Shown: one piece after another, positions 28,970 through 37,888 of the stretch | Position numbering within the stretch: the first letter of the stretch is position 1 | How the letters are laid out: each line of letters opens with the position of its first letter | Source of the DNA: an uncultured Candidatus Saccharibacteria bacterium | GTDB taxonomy: Bacteria > Patescibacteriota > Saccharimonadia > Saccharimonadales > JAGQNJ01 | Assembly (NCBI GenBank): GCA_964577565.1 | Contig: CAZNZL010000002.1 | Span: forward strand, 88,650 to 152,649 | DNA length: 64,000 bases | Direction of reading: 5' to 3' | Translations under genes and position numbers: made by a program | The notes under the pieces: model-generated | What the model was told of the DNA's origin: nothing | Seen by the model: the letters and a program-made list of their open reading frames with translations, nothing else | Databases searched by the model: none

Positions 28970-30358
28970 TTATCGCAGTTTTACTGGTACTTCTGTCGGG
29001 TAGATGCCATTCATACAGGCCATACATAGCTTACCAGCCATGGCGCTTAGGGCTCGTTGCAAGTTGCTTTCGGTCAGAAAATCAATGGAGTCAACCCCTA
29101 ACTCATTTTTCATGCCTTCACGATCCAAACGATTCGCAAGCAGATCAGCAGGGTTACCGGTATCCATACCATAAAAACACGGCCATTTATATGGAGGAGA
29201 AGATATTTTTAAATGTACTTCACTTGCCCCTGCTGCTCGTAACATGCCTACGAAGGCCTTCATAGTGGTGCCCCGAACAATTGAATCGTCAACTACGACG
29301 AGTCGCTTATCTGCAATAATGCTGCTTAAAGGATTTAGCTTTAGTCTGACCGCTGAATCTCGTTCCATTTGATCTTCTTTAATAAAGGTGCGGGTTATAT
29401 ACCGGTTTTTTTCTATACCCAGTTCAAACGGAATACCACTAGCTTGGGCAAAGCCTAAGCCGGCGTACGTGCCTGAGTCGGGGACGCCAAGCACCATATC
29501 TGCATCAGGGATGTCTTGCTCTGCTAATAGGCGTCCCATCTCTTTGCGAGCTGAAGCAACGCTAATTTCGCTAATCTCAGAACTTGGTCGGGCAAAATAG
29601 ACATATTCGAAAGCACACGTTTTTTGATCGCTTTCGGCGTACATGTCTGACCAAACACCGGCTGGCCCGATAGAGATAATCTCCCCTGGTAGAATTTGTC
29701 GGTCGTGAGTTGCACCAACTTGATTTAAAGCTGCCGTTTCACTGGCTACTACATACCCTCGACCATCCTTATATACGCCTATTTCAAGCGGACGAAAACC
29801 ATGACGGTCTCTAAAGGCAATTAACCTGTCTTCAGTCATGACAACTACCGAATAGGCGCCATCCGTACGCGCCGTCACCCGAGCAATCGCTGCCTCTAGT
29901 TCCTCATCTTCTTTCCATTCGCAAGCTATCTCATTTACCAACCAGTCGGTATCGGTGCCAAAAGGATTATGCTCAAGTTCTATGTGCCCATTGTGTGCCA
30001 AAGCAAAATGACGGCCATCATTCTGGTTGTGGTAGATGGGTTGAGCCGCTTCAAAGCCAGATCCTTTTGTAGTGCCGTATCTGGTGTGAGAAATGGCGAT
30101 TTTACCTTCTTGCACAAACCCATTACGTACGTGCTTGGTCATCACTTCAGATACAAGTCCGCAGCCTTTCGCGCCGCTAATGCCCTCCTCTTCTGATGCG
30201 ACCATAAAACCAGCTGCATCCTGGCCACGGTGTTGCAATGCCTCAGCACCTAAATAGGCAATTTTAACGACATCTTCACCAGGAGCGTATACCCCAAATA
30301 CGCCGCACGCCTCGCGTGGCTTATCTGCTTCGTAGTCTGGCAGCAAGAGTTCGCCCAT
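28970..30358 (-). CDS. purF: Amidophosphoribosyltransferase (propeptide, Fe-S type)
   Basis: REA-CGVFG, LQHRGQD, HNG, CAFEYVYFARP, VVVDDSIVRGTT, PCFYGMD, CMAC. Confidence 0.96.
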   Translation of the reverse strand: MGELLLPDYEADKPREACGVFGVYAPGEDVVKIAYLGAEALQHRGQDAAGFMVASEEEGISGAKGCGLVSEVMTKHVRNGFVQEGKIAISHTRYGTTKGSGFEAAQPIYHNQNDGRHFALAHNGHIELEHNPFGTDTDWLVNEIACEWKEDEELEAAIARVTARTDGAYSVVVMTEDRLIAFRDRHGFRPLEIGVYKDGRGYVVASETAALNQVGATHDRQILPGEIISIGPAGVWSDMYAESDQKTCAFEYVYFARPSSEISEISVASARKEMGRLLAEQDIPDADMVLGVPDSGTYAGLGFAQASGIPFELGIEKNRYITRTFIKEDQMERDSAVRLKLNPLSSIIADKRLVVVDDSIVRGTTMKAFVGMLRAAGASEVHLKISSPPYKWPCFYGMDTGNPADLLANRLDREGMKNELGVDSIDFLTESNLQRALSAMAGKLCMACMNGIYPTEVPVKLR

Positions 30359-30471
30359 TTATTTGTAGTATAAAAGTGCATAATCATATGCGCAATTAAA
30401 TAGTGTTGTCAAATTATAAGATTAGCCACTAGTATTACCTCTGTAAATGTGGTACTATATCCTAGTTCTTT

Positions 30472-32136
30472 TTAAAGGAAGAAGCGACCAGAGCGTGAAA
30501 GAAAATTAAACTTGGTTTTCTGTAGGGCGACCGTTGATTCTGACGTGCACCCGTAGTTCAGCTGGATAGAACGTCGGCTTGCGGAGCCGGAGGTCACAGG
30601 TTCGAATCCTGTCGGGTGTACCATATCGCTAATTTGAGTCGTTTTTGAACGGCTCATTTTTACTTTTAAAGAGTAAATCTCACTAACTTTAGGGGTGTAA
30701 ACTTTTTCGGCTGACTCAAACATTACTCTGTCTTTAAACAACAATTGTTTACACTCCCAGAATGTTGTACCCTGTAACGTCCACCAGTTTTGTCTTATAT
30801 GCTCGGCAAAGTCGATAGCAAACTTGGAGAACTCTATAAAATCTTCATCAACACTACTGGCTTGTACTATCTGTTTCCCAACATCTTCTATCTCCAGTTT
30901 TATCCTATCAATCTCAGGCTTTATATCCTCAGCTAGGTCAGGATTGAGGCTTAGACTTAGCACCAAGCTGCTTTTCTTTGACAGTAGTTCGTCCTTAAGG
31001 TTTCTCAGGTTCTTGGCTCGTTCTAAGCGGTAAACTTCTTCCTCTTTCCATACAAATTCAAGGGCGGATTTAAGGTCCGCCCTGGTATCGTCCGTCATCT
31101 CTAAATCGTCTAGAACATCGTTGATAGCCTTGTGCATTGTGTCTCGTGGGTAAGCCTTTTTGCACACCCTACAATGATAGTCGTTCCGCACCCAGCCTTT
31201 ACCGTTTTTGTGTACGCCGCCAGTAAATCTGCCCTCGTGTTTAGCATCTAAGCAATTGGCGTGATTAATAATGTTCTTTAAGGGAAACTCGGGGTTAAAC
31301 TGTTTCTTGCGTGTCTTCTTACGACCAGAAACAATTGCAACATTACGTTCGTATTCTTCGGGACTTATCATAGCCTCGCGTAGGCCTTTAGCTTCGGGCC
31401 AACCCTCTTTGATGAATATCCTGCCACAGTAATATGAGTCCAGCACAATAAGGTGAAAACGCTGCATATCTATTTTATTGCCTTGTGCAGTAGTGAATCC
31501 GCTGTCAAGCAGCCATCTCAGGGCTTCTGCTTCGGTCATAGCAAGCCTAGATATAGCTTTAAGTGCCGTTTGTAGCAATTTAAAACGGTTGCCTCTATCG
31601 TCTCGAACGTGAAGTCCTGCAACAGTGCCTTTCCTATAACCTAGATGTGGGTAGAACGGATAATAGCCATCAGCAACACGTTCTTTCATCTTGGTTGTAA
31701 CCGTAAGTATGCGTTCTTCGTTTTCTACTTCTGCATCATAGCTACCACGAGCCAATTCATACGACGCTTCGGCGGTATCGCCGTTGTATTTATGCTGGGA
31801 TGGGTCGCAGAAGATTAGCTTAACACCAAGCTGCTTAAACAAAACCTTAAAGTAGAACACCATATCAAGCTCACGCATAAAACGGCTTACCTTATCAACG
31901 AGTAAAAATTGTATGCCTTTGTTGTGCTTGCAGTAGGACAGGGCTTCTAGTAAGTCTTTCCGCCTCAGGTTTTTACCCTTTTTGCTAGAGGTTGCCATAG
32001 CCCACTCGTGAACAATTTCGGCTTCTAACTCATCAGCCATCTTGTTTACGCTAGATTGCTGTTGCTTCAAACTGTGATTGTTATCTTTTTGCTTCTTAGA
32101 TGAAACTCGCCTTATGGCGATTGCCTTTGCTTTCAT
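30472..32136 (-). CDS. Large serine recombinase (integrase); C-terminus reads antisense through tRNA-Arg
   Basis: RRVSSKKQ catalytic motif, VDKVSRFMR, recombinase domain (GY...YYCG), Cys zinc ribbon, coiled coil. Confidence 0.92.
   Translation of the reverse strand: MKAKAIAIRRVSSKKQKDNNHSLKQQQSSVNKMADELEAEIVHEWAMATSSKKGKNLRRKDLLEALSYCKHNKGIQFLLVDKVSRFMRELDMVFYFKVLFKQLGVKLIFCDPSQHKYNGDTAEASYELARGSYDAEVENEERILTVTTKMKERVADGYYPFYPHLGYRKGTVAGLHVRDDRGNRFKLLQTALKAISRLAMTEAEALRWLLDSGFTTAQGNKIDMQRFHLIVLDSYYCGRIFIKEGWPEAKGLREAMISPEEYERNVAIVSGRKKTRKKQFNPEFPLKNIINHANCLDAKHEGRFTGGVHKNGKGWVRNDYHCRVCKKAYPRDTMHKAINDVLDDLEMTDDTRADLKSALEFVWKEEEVYRLERAKNLRNLKDELLSKKSSLVLSLSLNPDLAEDIKPEIDRIKLEIEDVGKQIVQASSVDEDFIEFSKFAIDFAEHIRQNWWTLQGTTFWECKQLLFKDRVMFESAEKVYTPKVSEIYSLKVKMSRSKTTQISDMVHPTGFEPVTSGSASRRSIQLNYGCTSESTVALQKTKFNFLSRSGRFFL
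30476..30546 (+). ncRNA. Conserved tRNA 5' leader element (Arg copy)
   Basis: AGGAAGAAGCGACCAGAGCGTGAAA-hairpin-GGCGACCGTTGATTCTGACG abutting the tRNA; extended -10 TGGTACTAT just upstream. Confidence 0.7.
30547..30623 (+). tRNA. tRNA-Arg(GCG)
   Basis: GCACCCG...TTGCGGA...GGTTCGAATCCTGTCGGGTGTACCA, 77 nt. Confidence 0.95.
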
Positions 32137-32744
32137 GGTTCATTGTTCCTTTTAACCAAAAAGCAGCCCTTTGGGTAAGCCAGTGGAATGGCAAAGGACT
32201 GCTCTTTGAAATCGATTACTAATTAACCACTATATTACCCAGTTATGAATTGTGATTGCCTCACTGAGGCATTGCAACTTTTCTATTTCATTTTATAAAT
32301 GGCATAGAGAAACTTAGCCCAATCAAGTGCTTCCGCGGACGGCTTCCTGGTCTTTGTTTGTTTCTCGGCCAATTGAAAAACAACCCTTTCTTAACCCGAT
32401 ACCAACGTCATTATTTGAATAATTTGCGTGCTTTACGTTGAATCGAATTAGGGTTGTTCTATAGGCTTACCTTGTTTACTTTACTGCCTATAATGATACC
32501 AAATTTAGAGGGCTAAATCAAGCGTACTACCCCCGTTATTTAGTTCATAGATAAACATAAAGTTATGTGGTTATTCCGCAATAATACGCACTCGTATCTT
32601 TTACTTATGAGTAAAGTTTTTTCAGAAATACGGTCCGAATAGGGTTGCTTGAATGGTACATTGATTGGTTCGAATATTTGTAAGGCTTTTGGTAGTTACT
32701 TTCTCTGTTTAACTTTTTGCATAATATTCTGATATATTAGAGCC

Positions 32745-33164
32745 ATGGTTGAGTTGTTTAATACTCCTTTGAGTTCGCCTGTTTACATAGGGCTTCTCGT
32801 TGTTTACTTTATTTGTGAATCAATATCAACGTTTGATACCAGAATCATACAGGCTAAGAAAAACGGATTTCTAAGAGAAGATGAAGCATTTGTCCCTCAA
32901 TGGACAGGCATATTTGCAATTCTTGGCTGGCTTTCTTTTCTTGGTCTGATACTCCTCAACTGGAAAATTGCGATAGCTGTCTTTATCATTAAGTTCATTC
33001 TAAAAGTTGCACCTGTGCTAGAAAATATCGGTGCGTTACTGCTACTTCCTGTAGTTGGTAAAGAAACTGCTTCAGCGGTTAATGTTATGAGTAGAGAACA
33101 GAATAAGGCCGCCAAGTCATTGAAAGCAATGTCCAAAGCGGCTAAAGACAAAAGAGCACCTTAG
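32745..33164 (+). CDS. Hypothetical membrane protein (island cargo)
   Basis: 139 aa, about three hydrophobic segments. Confidence 0.7.
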   Translation: MVELFNTPLSSPVYIGLLVVYFICESISTFDTRIIQAKKNGFLREDEAFVPQWTGIFAILGWLSFLGLILLNWKIAIAVFIIKFILKVAPVLENIGALLLLPVVGKETASAVNVMSREQNKAAKSLKAMSKAAKDKRAP

Positions 33165-33391
33165 ACTTCATAAATCTGTTTGTATTCAAAGATACGTCAA
33201 TAATTTGGGTGTATGCCTGCAAAATGGCCTAGGTGGCTTGGATTATTTAAATAATCCTGTAAGGTCGTCTAAGGAACTACGAGCTTCAATTTCTATCTGT
33301 TAAATCAGTGATTTTAATGAAAGCAAAGCACTGGTTTAACGACGCCTCTGTGAGCTATTTTGAGCGTGTTTGACAGGTTTTAGCTGCTTAG

Positions 33392-34561
33392 TTGTTAATA
33401 TGTATTTATGAGGGAGCTACTTTAGTGCAACGCGAGTATAGCGTAAACGATTCAACGTACGGACATTTTATGTTCAAAGGTATAAATGTTCTTGAACATA
33501 ATGTAGACGAAGAATTCAATAACATTTATCATACGCTTGCATATTCAGTTTGGGCCAATATCCCTGGGGATACGGGCAGATTGTTTTCTAACGATTTTGT
33601 TGCTAAGAGTGTGGACTATTTTTCGACTAGGACAGATAATGGCCAAGCAGTTTCTGACGGTGATAAATATATTGAAAATCTAACGATTATTCCCAACAGG
33701 TTCAAGGATGCTGGTAATGTAAAAGCTAGTTTTATATCTTGGCTGAAAATTCTTGAGCTTCTAAAAAATATTGAAGACAGATCTGGCAGCAAAATTCATA
33801 AAGGTACTGCGTTCTATTTTGCCGCTGGCGATGCAATTGAATCAAATGATTTTGAGTCCGGCATGATTATGATGCATCTGGCATTGAACGAAGACATTGC
33901 AAATAATCCAGACTGGGAAAGTACACCTGCACACGCATTTATGACAGTAAACCCTGAGAATGTCGGGCAATATCACAAGCCCCTCGTAGATGAAATGTCT
34001 AACTTAATAAAGAGACGACTAACCGAAGACCAAAAGAGTTATAAAAATTCTAGAAATGGCAATCTTGTTTATGATGATTTTAGGTCAAAATTTCTAAACA
34101 ACACAAACAAGGTCCAAACTTCAGCCAGATACTATTTTGTGTATAGCCTGCTTCGATTCTGGCACATGCGAAAAATTCATAAAGCACGTGTAACTGATGA
34201 CGTAATAGCTCCTTTGGTTTTTGGTAATTTGGTTGGTTCACTAACTCTTGTTGTTGAAACCTTATTGAGGGGAATTGTTCCTGCACCAACTAGGCCGTCG
34301 ATGGCTACAATTCTGCAATCGTTAAACATGGGAATTGATATTGGTTCACTCCAAGCAGAGACTGAAGCAAATGGATTTGACGCAACAATCAATTCTCTTA
34401 TTAGCGACGATTCAATAGAAAGTGACTTCAAAATTGCTTACCTTTGCAGAAACCAGGCCTTTCATGTATTGGAAAATGAGAACGTATACAACCAGCATTA
34501 TATTGAAATCACTCAGTCAATTTTTAATTGTATATTTTATACAGTCGAGAACCATCATTAA
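33392..34561 (+). CDS. Hypothetical protein (island cargo, possible HEPN-like RNQAFH motif); start uncertain
   Basis: 389-aa ORF; IHKGTAFY and C-terminal R-x4-H (RNQAFH). Confidence 0.6.
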   Translation: MLICIYEGATLVQREYSVNDSTYGHFMFKGINVLEHNVDEEFNNIYHTLAYSVWANIPGDTGRLFSNDFVAKSVDYFSTRTDNGQAVSDGDKYIENLTIIPNRFKDAGNVKASFISWLKILELLKNIEDRSGSKIHKGTAFYFAAGDAIESNDFESGMIMMHLALNEDIANNPDWESTPAHAFMTVNPENVGQYHKPLVDEMSNLIKRRLTEDQKSYKNSRNGNLVYDDFRSKFLNNTNKVQTSARYYFVYSLLRFWHMRKIHKARVTDDVIAPLVFGNLVGSLTLVVETLLRGIVPAPTRPSMATILQSLNMGIDIGSLQAETEANGFDATINSLISDDSIESDFKIAYLCRNQAFHVLENENVYNQHYIEITQSIFNCIFYTVENHH

Positions 34562-34569
34562 GGAAAAGT

Positions 34570-35484
34570 ATGGCAAGGCCAAACAAGAAACAGCATAAAG
34601 TTCCGAAGTCATACATGGAGCCATTTACAGACAAAAATGGCCTTGTATGGGTCGCAGATAAGAATCTAAGGCTCTATCAGGAAAAGCCTAAAAATATTTT
34701 GACTGAGAACGATTACTACACAGTTCGATTTCCTAGTGGTGGCGGAACATTGGCAATTGAAACTAAGTTTTTGGGTGGGATTGAGGCAAGCTATGCGGCA
34801 ATTTATAAAAACAAAATATCTAAGCATGAACTGTTGTCTGACGAAGAAAGGGCGATAGTTGCTATCTTTATTGCTTCAATGCTGGAACGAAGCCCACGCA
34901 GGCGAGAGGCAATCCAAGATATGTTTGACCAGGTAAAGAATATAACGGAAAAGATGCGAGCATCAGTAGCTGCTATGACACCTGAGCAAAGAAAAGTATT
35001 TGAGAGTCAGTCAAAACTAATTGGTGGCAATCCAGATAATTCAATCCCAGCTGATGAATTCTTAAAAGCAGGTGAAGATGTTGGTTCATTCCATAGTTCT
35101 GGAATACCAGAAAGCGTAGCAGTTACTGCACCACTAATTTATGAAATGAAATGGGCGTTTTTGATTCGACCCAAGGAATCAGAACCATTTATAACTTCAG
35201 ATAGTCCATGCACCTTTGATATTCCAACTTTACCGCCAAAATCAATATTCGGAGGGCTGGGCCATAAAGATGTTGAGGTAAGTATGGCAATGTCGCCCGA
35301 TATTGCGATTTTGTGCGGCTATCAAATGGAACAAGATTGGGGCTATATGCCCGCCAAAGAGTCAGAAGTACAGGAAATTAACAGAAGAATAAGGAGGAGG
35401 AGCGAGACGCTTGTAAGCAACGACAAACTACTCCTAGAAAGACAAATTGAGAGAATCAAGTCACTTATTAATCAAAAACCTTAA
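34570..35484 (+). CDS. DUF4238-like protein (island cargo)
   Basis: KKQHKVPKSYM..F, ENDYYT, FITSDSP, SPDIAI, EINR pattern. Confidence 0.75.
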   Translation: MARPNKKQHKVPKSYMEPFTDKNGLVWVADKNLRLYQEKPKNILTENDYYTVRFPSGGGTLAIETKFLGGIEASYAAIYKNKISKHELLSDEERAIVAIFIASMLERSPRRREAIQDMFDQVKNITEKMRASVAAMTPEQRKVFESQSKLIGGNPDNSIPADEFLKAGEDVGSFHSSGIPESVAVTAPLIYEMKWAFLIRPKESEPFITSDSPCTFDIPTLPPKSIFGGLGHKDVEVSMAMSPDIAILCGYQMEQDWGYMPAKESEVQEINRRIRRRSETLVSNDKLLLERQIERIKSLINQKP

Positions 35485-35745
35485 CTGCATTATTTAAATA
35501 ATTTTGCCTTTAATCAGGGTTGCTTAGGGTTAATAGGTGTTTAGGTCTTTATAGACTAAGGGTTCTATGCCCCCCGGGCTATAACTACTATACTTACCGG
35601 TGCTCTTATATGAGTGATACTCACCAGCGATGATACTTCGCCATCTCTGTAACTCTAGGGTAAGCGGGTGTAAATTTTCACACAGGTAGAGTACCACGAA
35701 AGGAGCCAGGTTTTATCCTGGCTTTTTTCGTGGCTGTTCTGACAT

Positions 35746-35878
35746 GATTCTGGTTCTGTGACAGAGATTTTGCGTAAGCAAAATATCGTAGTCACGGGTT
35801 CGCTCATGAGGAACTATCGCATCCGCCAGCTGGCGGAGAGAAAGTGACGAAATGTTGTCATCCTGCCTTGGTGTACCA
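35746..35878 (+). ncRNA. tRNA-3'-end-like trailer element with 57-nt T-loop insert (Arg copy)
   Basis: GTCACGGGTTCG-[57 nt, 35803-35859]-ATCCTGCCTTGGTGTACCA mimics the tRNA-Arg 3' end. Confidence 0.65.
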
Positions 35879-36021
35879 GAGTGGAATTACAGATAGGGAT
35901 TGAAATCGTTTTCAATCTCTTTTTTGTTGGATATTTCTTAACACCTTGGAATGAGTTTGAATCCCGTTTGGTGTTTTGCTTGTGCTTGGGATTGAAGTCA
36001 CAATCACCTAAGATTAGATTT

Positions 36022-36402
36022 ATGGCGCTGGAAGATTTATCAGGATTAGTTCAAAGGCTACGTGAAGAAGGCATCAGAACCGAAAGGCTTGATGACTGGC
36101 AGAATAAAGGTCTGCTTGGGATAATGCTCGGTACAGAAAGCGGAGCTTACTATATCGTGGAGCCGGTAGGTAATCCAAGTTTAGTCACAAGGCTTTCCGA
36201 AGCACCCCCATATTATGGTGAATACAGAATGCCTGCTACAGAGGCGATGGTGCGAAGACAAGGAAATCCCGATAGAAGATTGGAATTAGGAAATCCTATG
36301 AATATATTAGGACTTTCAAGAAAAGGTCCAGAGTTTGACCCTGACTCACTATATACAACCACTCCCCTAGTTGAAATTACTTACCTGGAAGCTGCCGGCT
36401 AA
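36022..36402 (+). CDS. Hypothetical protein (cassette 1)
   Basis: ATG 36022 after promoter motif; stop 4 nt before the 29-bp arm. Confidence 0.7.
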   Translation: MALEDLSGLVQRLREEGIRTERLDDWQNKGLLGIMLGTESGAYYIVEPVGNPSLVTRLSEAPPYYGEYRMPATEAMVRRQGNPDRRLELGNPMNILGLSRKGPEFDPDSLYTTTPLVEITYLEAAG

Positions 36403-36589
36403 AATTGTTTGAACTTCGTGTACTACCGTGTACCATTTGGTAATTACAGATAGAGATTGAAGTCGCTTTCAATCTCTTTTTAGTTGGACAATTTTAAACA
36501 CCTTAGAATAAGTATGAATCCCATATATCATCTTGCTTATGCTTGCGCTGCTCGACCCTCATCGTTACTATAGATTTAAGGAGATTTCT

Positions 36590-36967
36590 ATGTCTGGTGA
36601 AAAAATTGGTCAAGAAGCTGATTTGTTAGCTCAGAAAGAACTGTGGGCGCAGTCTATGGCAGACCTAGTTACTACTGAAAGAGGGATAGATGAGGAAACG
36701 GCACTTTCAGCAGCTCGCTGGGCTTGCTTGTGGGTGGATGACTATAAAACTCTAATGGCTGCGCAACCACCAGCTAATTTAGATGAAGTCAAAGCTCACC
36801 TCGAAACCGCAAGAGTAAGCTCACTAGAGAGAAGCACTGGTTTGACGCGTTACCCTACGGGAGTACCTACATTGCGCGCGATTATTGCAGCACAAGATGT
36901 ATTTTGCTGGGCTTTTGGGGATGAAGCAGAAGATGTCAGGCAGCTGCTTGATACTCAGCCAGAATAG
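36590..36967 (+). CDS. Hypothetical protein (cassette 2)
   Basis: AAGGAG SD + ATG 36590; TAG stop overlaps the first base of the arm. Confidence 0.72.
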   Translation: MSGEKIGQEADLLAQKELWAQSMADLVTTERGIDEETALSAARWACLWVDDYKTLMAAQPPANLDEVKAHLETARVSSLERSTGLTRYPTGVPTLRAIIAAQDVFCWAFGDEAEDVRQLLDTQPE

Positions 36968-37135
36968 TTTGAACTTCGTGTACTACCGTGTACCATAGTG
37001 AAACTACAGATAGAGATGAAGCACATTTCAGTTTCTTTTTTGATGGATATTTCTTAACACCTTAGAATCCATTTGAACCCTGTTAAGTGTTTTTCATTAC
37101 CTTATTGCATTTTGTAATGTATATGTGCTATAGTA

Positions 37136-37396
37136 ATGAATATGAAGAATACTATTACTATCACCAGCAAGGGGCAGGCAACCATTCCAGCTTCTTATCG
37201 TCGCAAACTAGGGGTAGGAGCAAACGGAGGCACTCTAGATATACGTTTTGATGAATCTAGGGGCGAACTTGTTATAGCAAAGCCATTAAGCGTAGAGGAG
37301 TTAAGCGAAAAATTAAGTGGTTATATAAAATCAGGGACAAAGCCTCTGGTTGATGTTGATGCTTATTACCAGAAGAATCGTGACGGTCGCAAATAA
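37136..37396 (+). CDS. AbrB/MazE/SpoVT-family antitoxin (cassette 3)
   Basis: TITSKGQATIPASYRRKLG; CATTAC-N13-GTAATG inverted repeat in its promoter. Confidence 0.9.
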   Translation: MNMKNTITITSKGQATIPASYRRKLGVGANGGTLDIRFDESRGELVIAKPLSVEELSEKLSGYIKSGTKPLVDVDAYYQKNRDGRK

Positions 37397-37800
37397 TGAG
37401 ATTCGGCGGCTCATTAGACACGAATGCATTACTGAGGTTACTCTTGAATGACGTGGCCGAACAGCACAAGGCCATAAAAAAATTACTACGTGAGGCGAAG
37501 GGCCAGCTTGCGGTTGCCGACATTGCGATAATTGAATTGGTGTTCGTGCTTGAAAGATACTACGGCTTTTCCCGTCAACAAGTCAGCGAAGCTGTCACCG
37601 GACTTATGCTACTCCGAGAAATAAACTGCAACCGCCCGCTATTTGAAAAAACGCTACCCATTTATATAAGCCATTCTGCACTATCTTTTGAAGATTGCTG
37701 CCTGAGCACATACGCGATACTCAATCAGGCTGAACCCTTATGGACCTTTGATAAAAAGCTGGCTACTCAAGCGAACAGCGCCAAGCTAATTGCCGTTTGA
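37396..37800 (+). CDS. vapC: PIN-domain (VapC) toxin (cassette 3)
   Basis: LDTNALLR, ELVFVL, SFEDC, WTFDKKL; TGA stop lies inside the arm. Confidence 0.9.
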   Translation: MRFGGSLDTNALLRLLLNDVAEQHKAIKKLLREAKGQLAVADIAIIELVFVLERYYGFSRQQVSEAVTGLMLLREINCNRPLFEKTLPIYISHSALSFEDCCLSTYAILNQAEPLWTFDKKLATQANSAKLIAV

Positions 37801-37888
37801 ACTTCCCTTACTACCGTGTACCACGAAAGGAGCCAAGTATTATCATGGCTTTCTCGTGGTTTCTACAACCGGGTTTGTATCAGGATTG

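Larger units (their letters stand above)
30618..35696. mobile_element. Serine-recombinase integrative element inserted at the tRNA-Arg 3' end
   Basis: GTACCA core at 30618-30623 and 35691-35696; AT-rich cargo; joining the cores restores an open alternative recombinase C-terminus. Confidence 0.75.
35879..37823 (+). mobile_element. Tandem array of three gene cassettes bounded by conserved arms and the GTGTACCA core
   Basis: 29-bp arm at 36407-36435, 36967-36995, 37795-37823; ~87-bp arm at 35879-35965, 36436-36522, 36996-37080. Confidence 0.8.

Noticed and set aside
35879-35965. 87-bp cassette arm as a remnant of the recombinase 3' coding end
   Set aside because: The position fits, but minus-strand translations show no convincing match to the local recombinase and frames differ among copies; left unproven.
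36407-37823. 29-bp direct repeats as a CRISPR array
   Set aside because: Spacing is 530-800 bp containing whole genes, and there are no cas genes; the repeats end in the tRNA 3' sequence, so they are att-like arms.
35879-37823. Classical integron (IntI/attC)
   Set aside because: No tyrosine integrase, and the arms lack the RYYYAAC...GTTRRRY palindromic attC structure.
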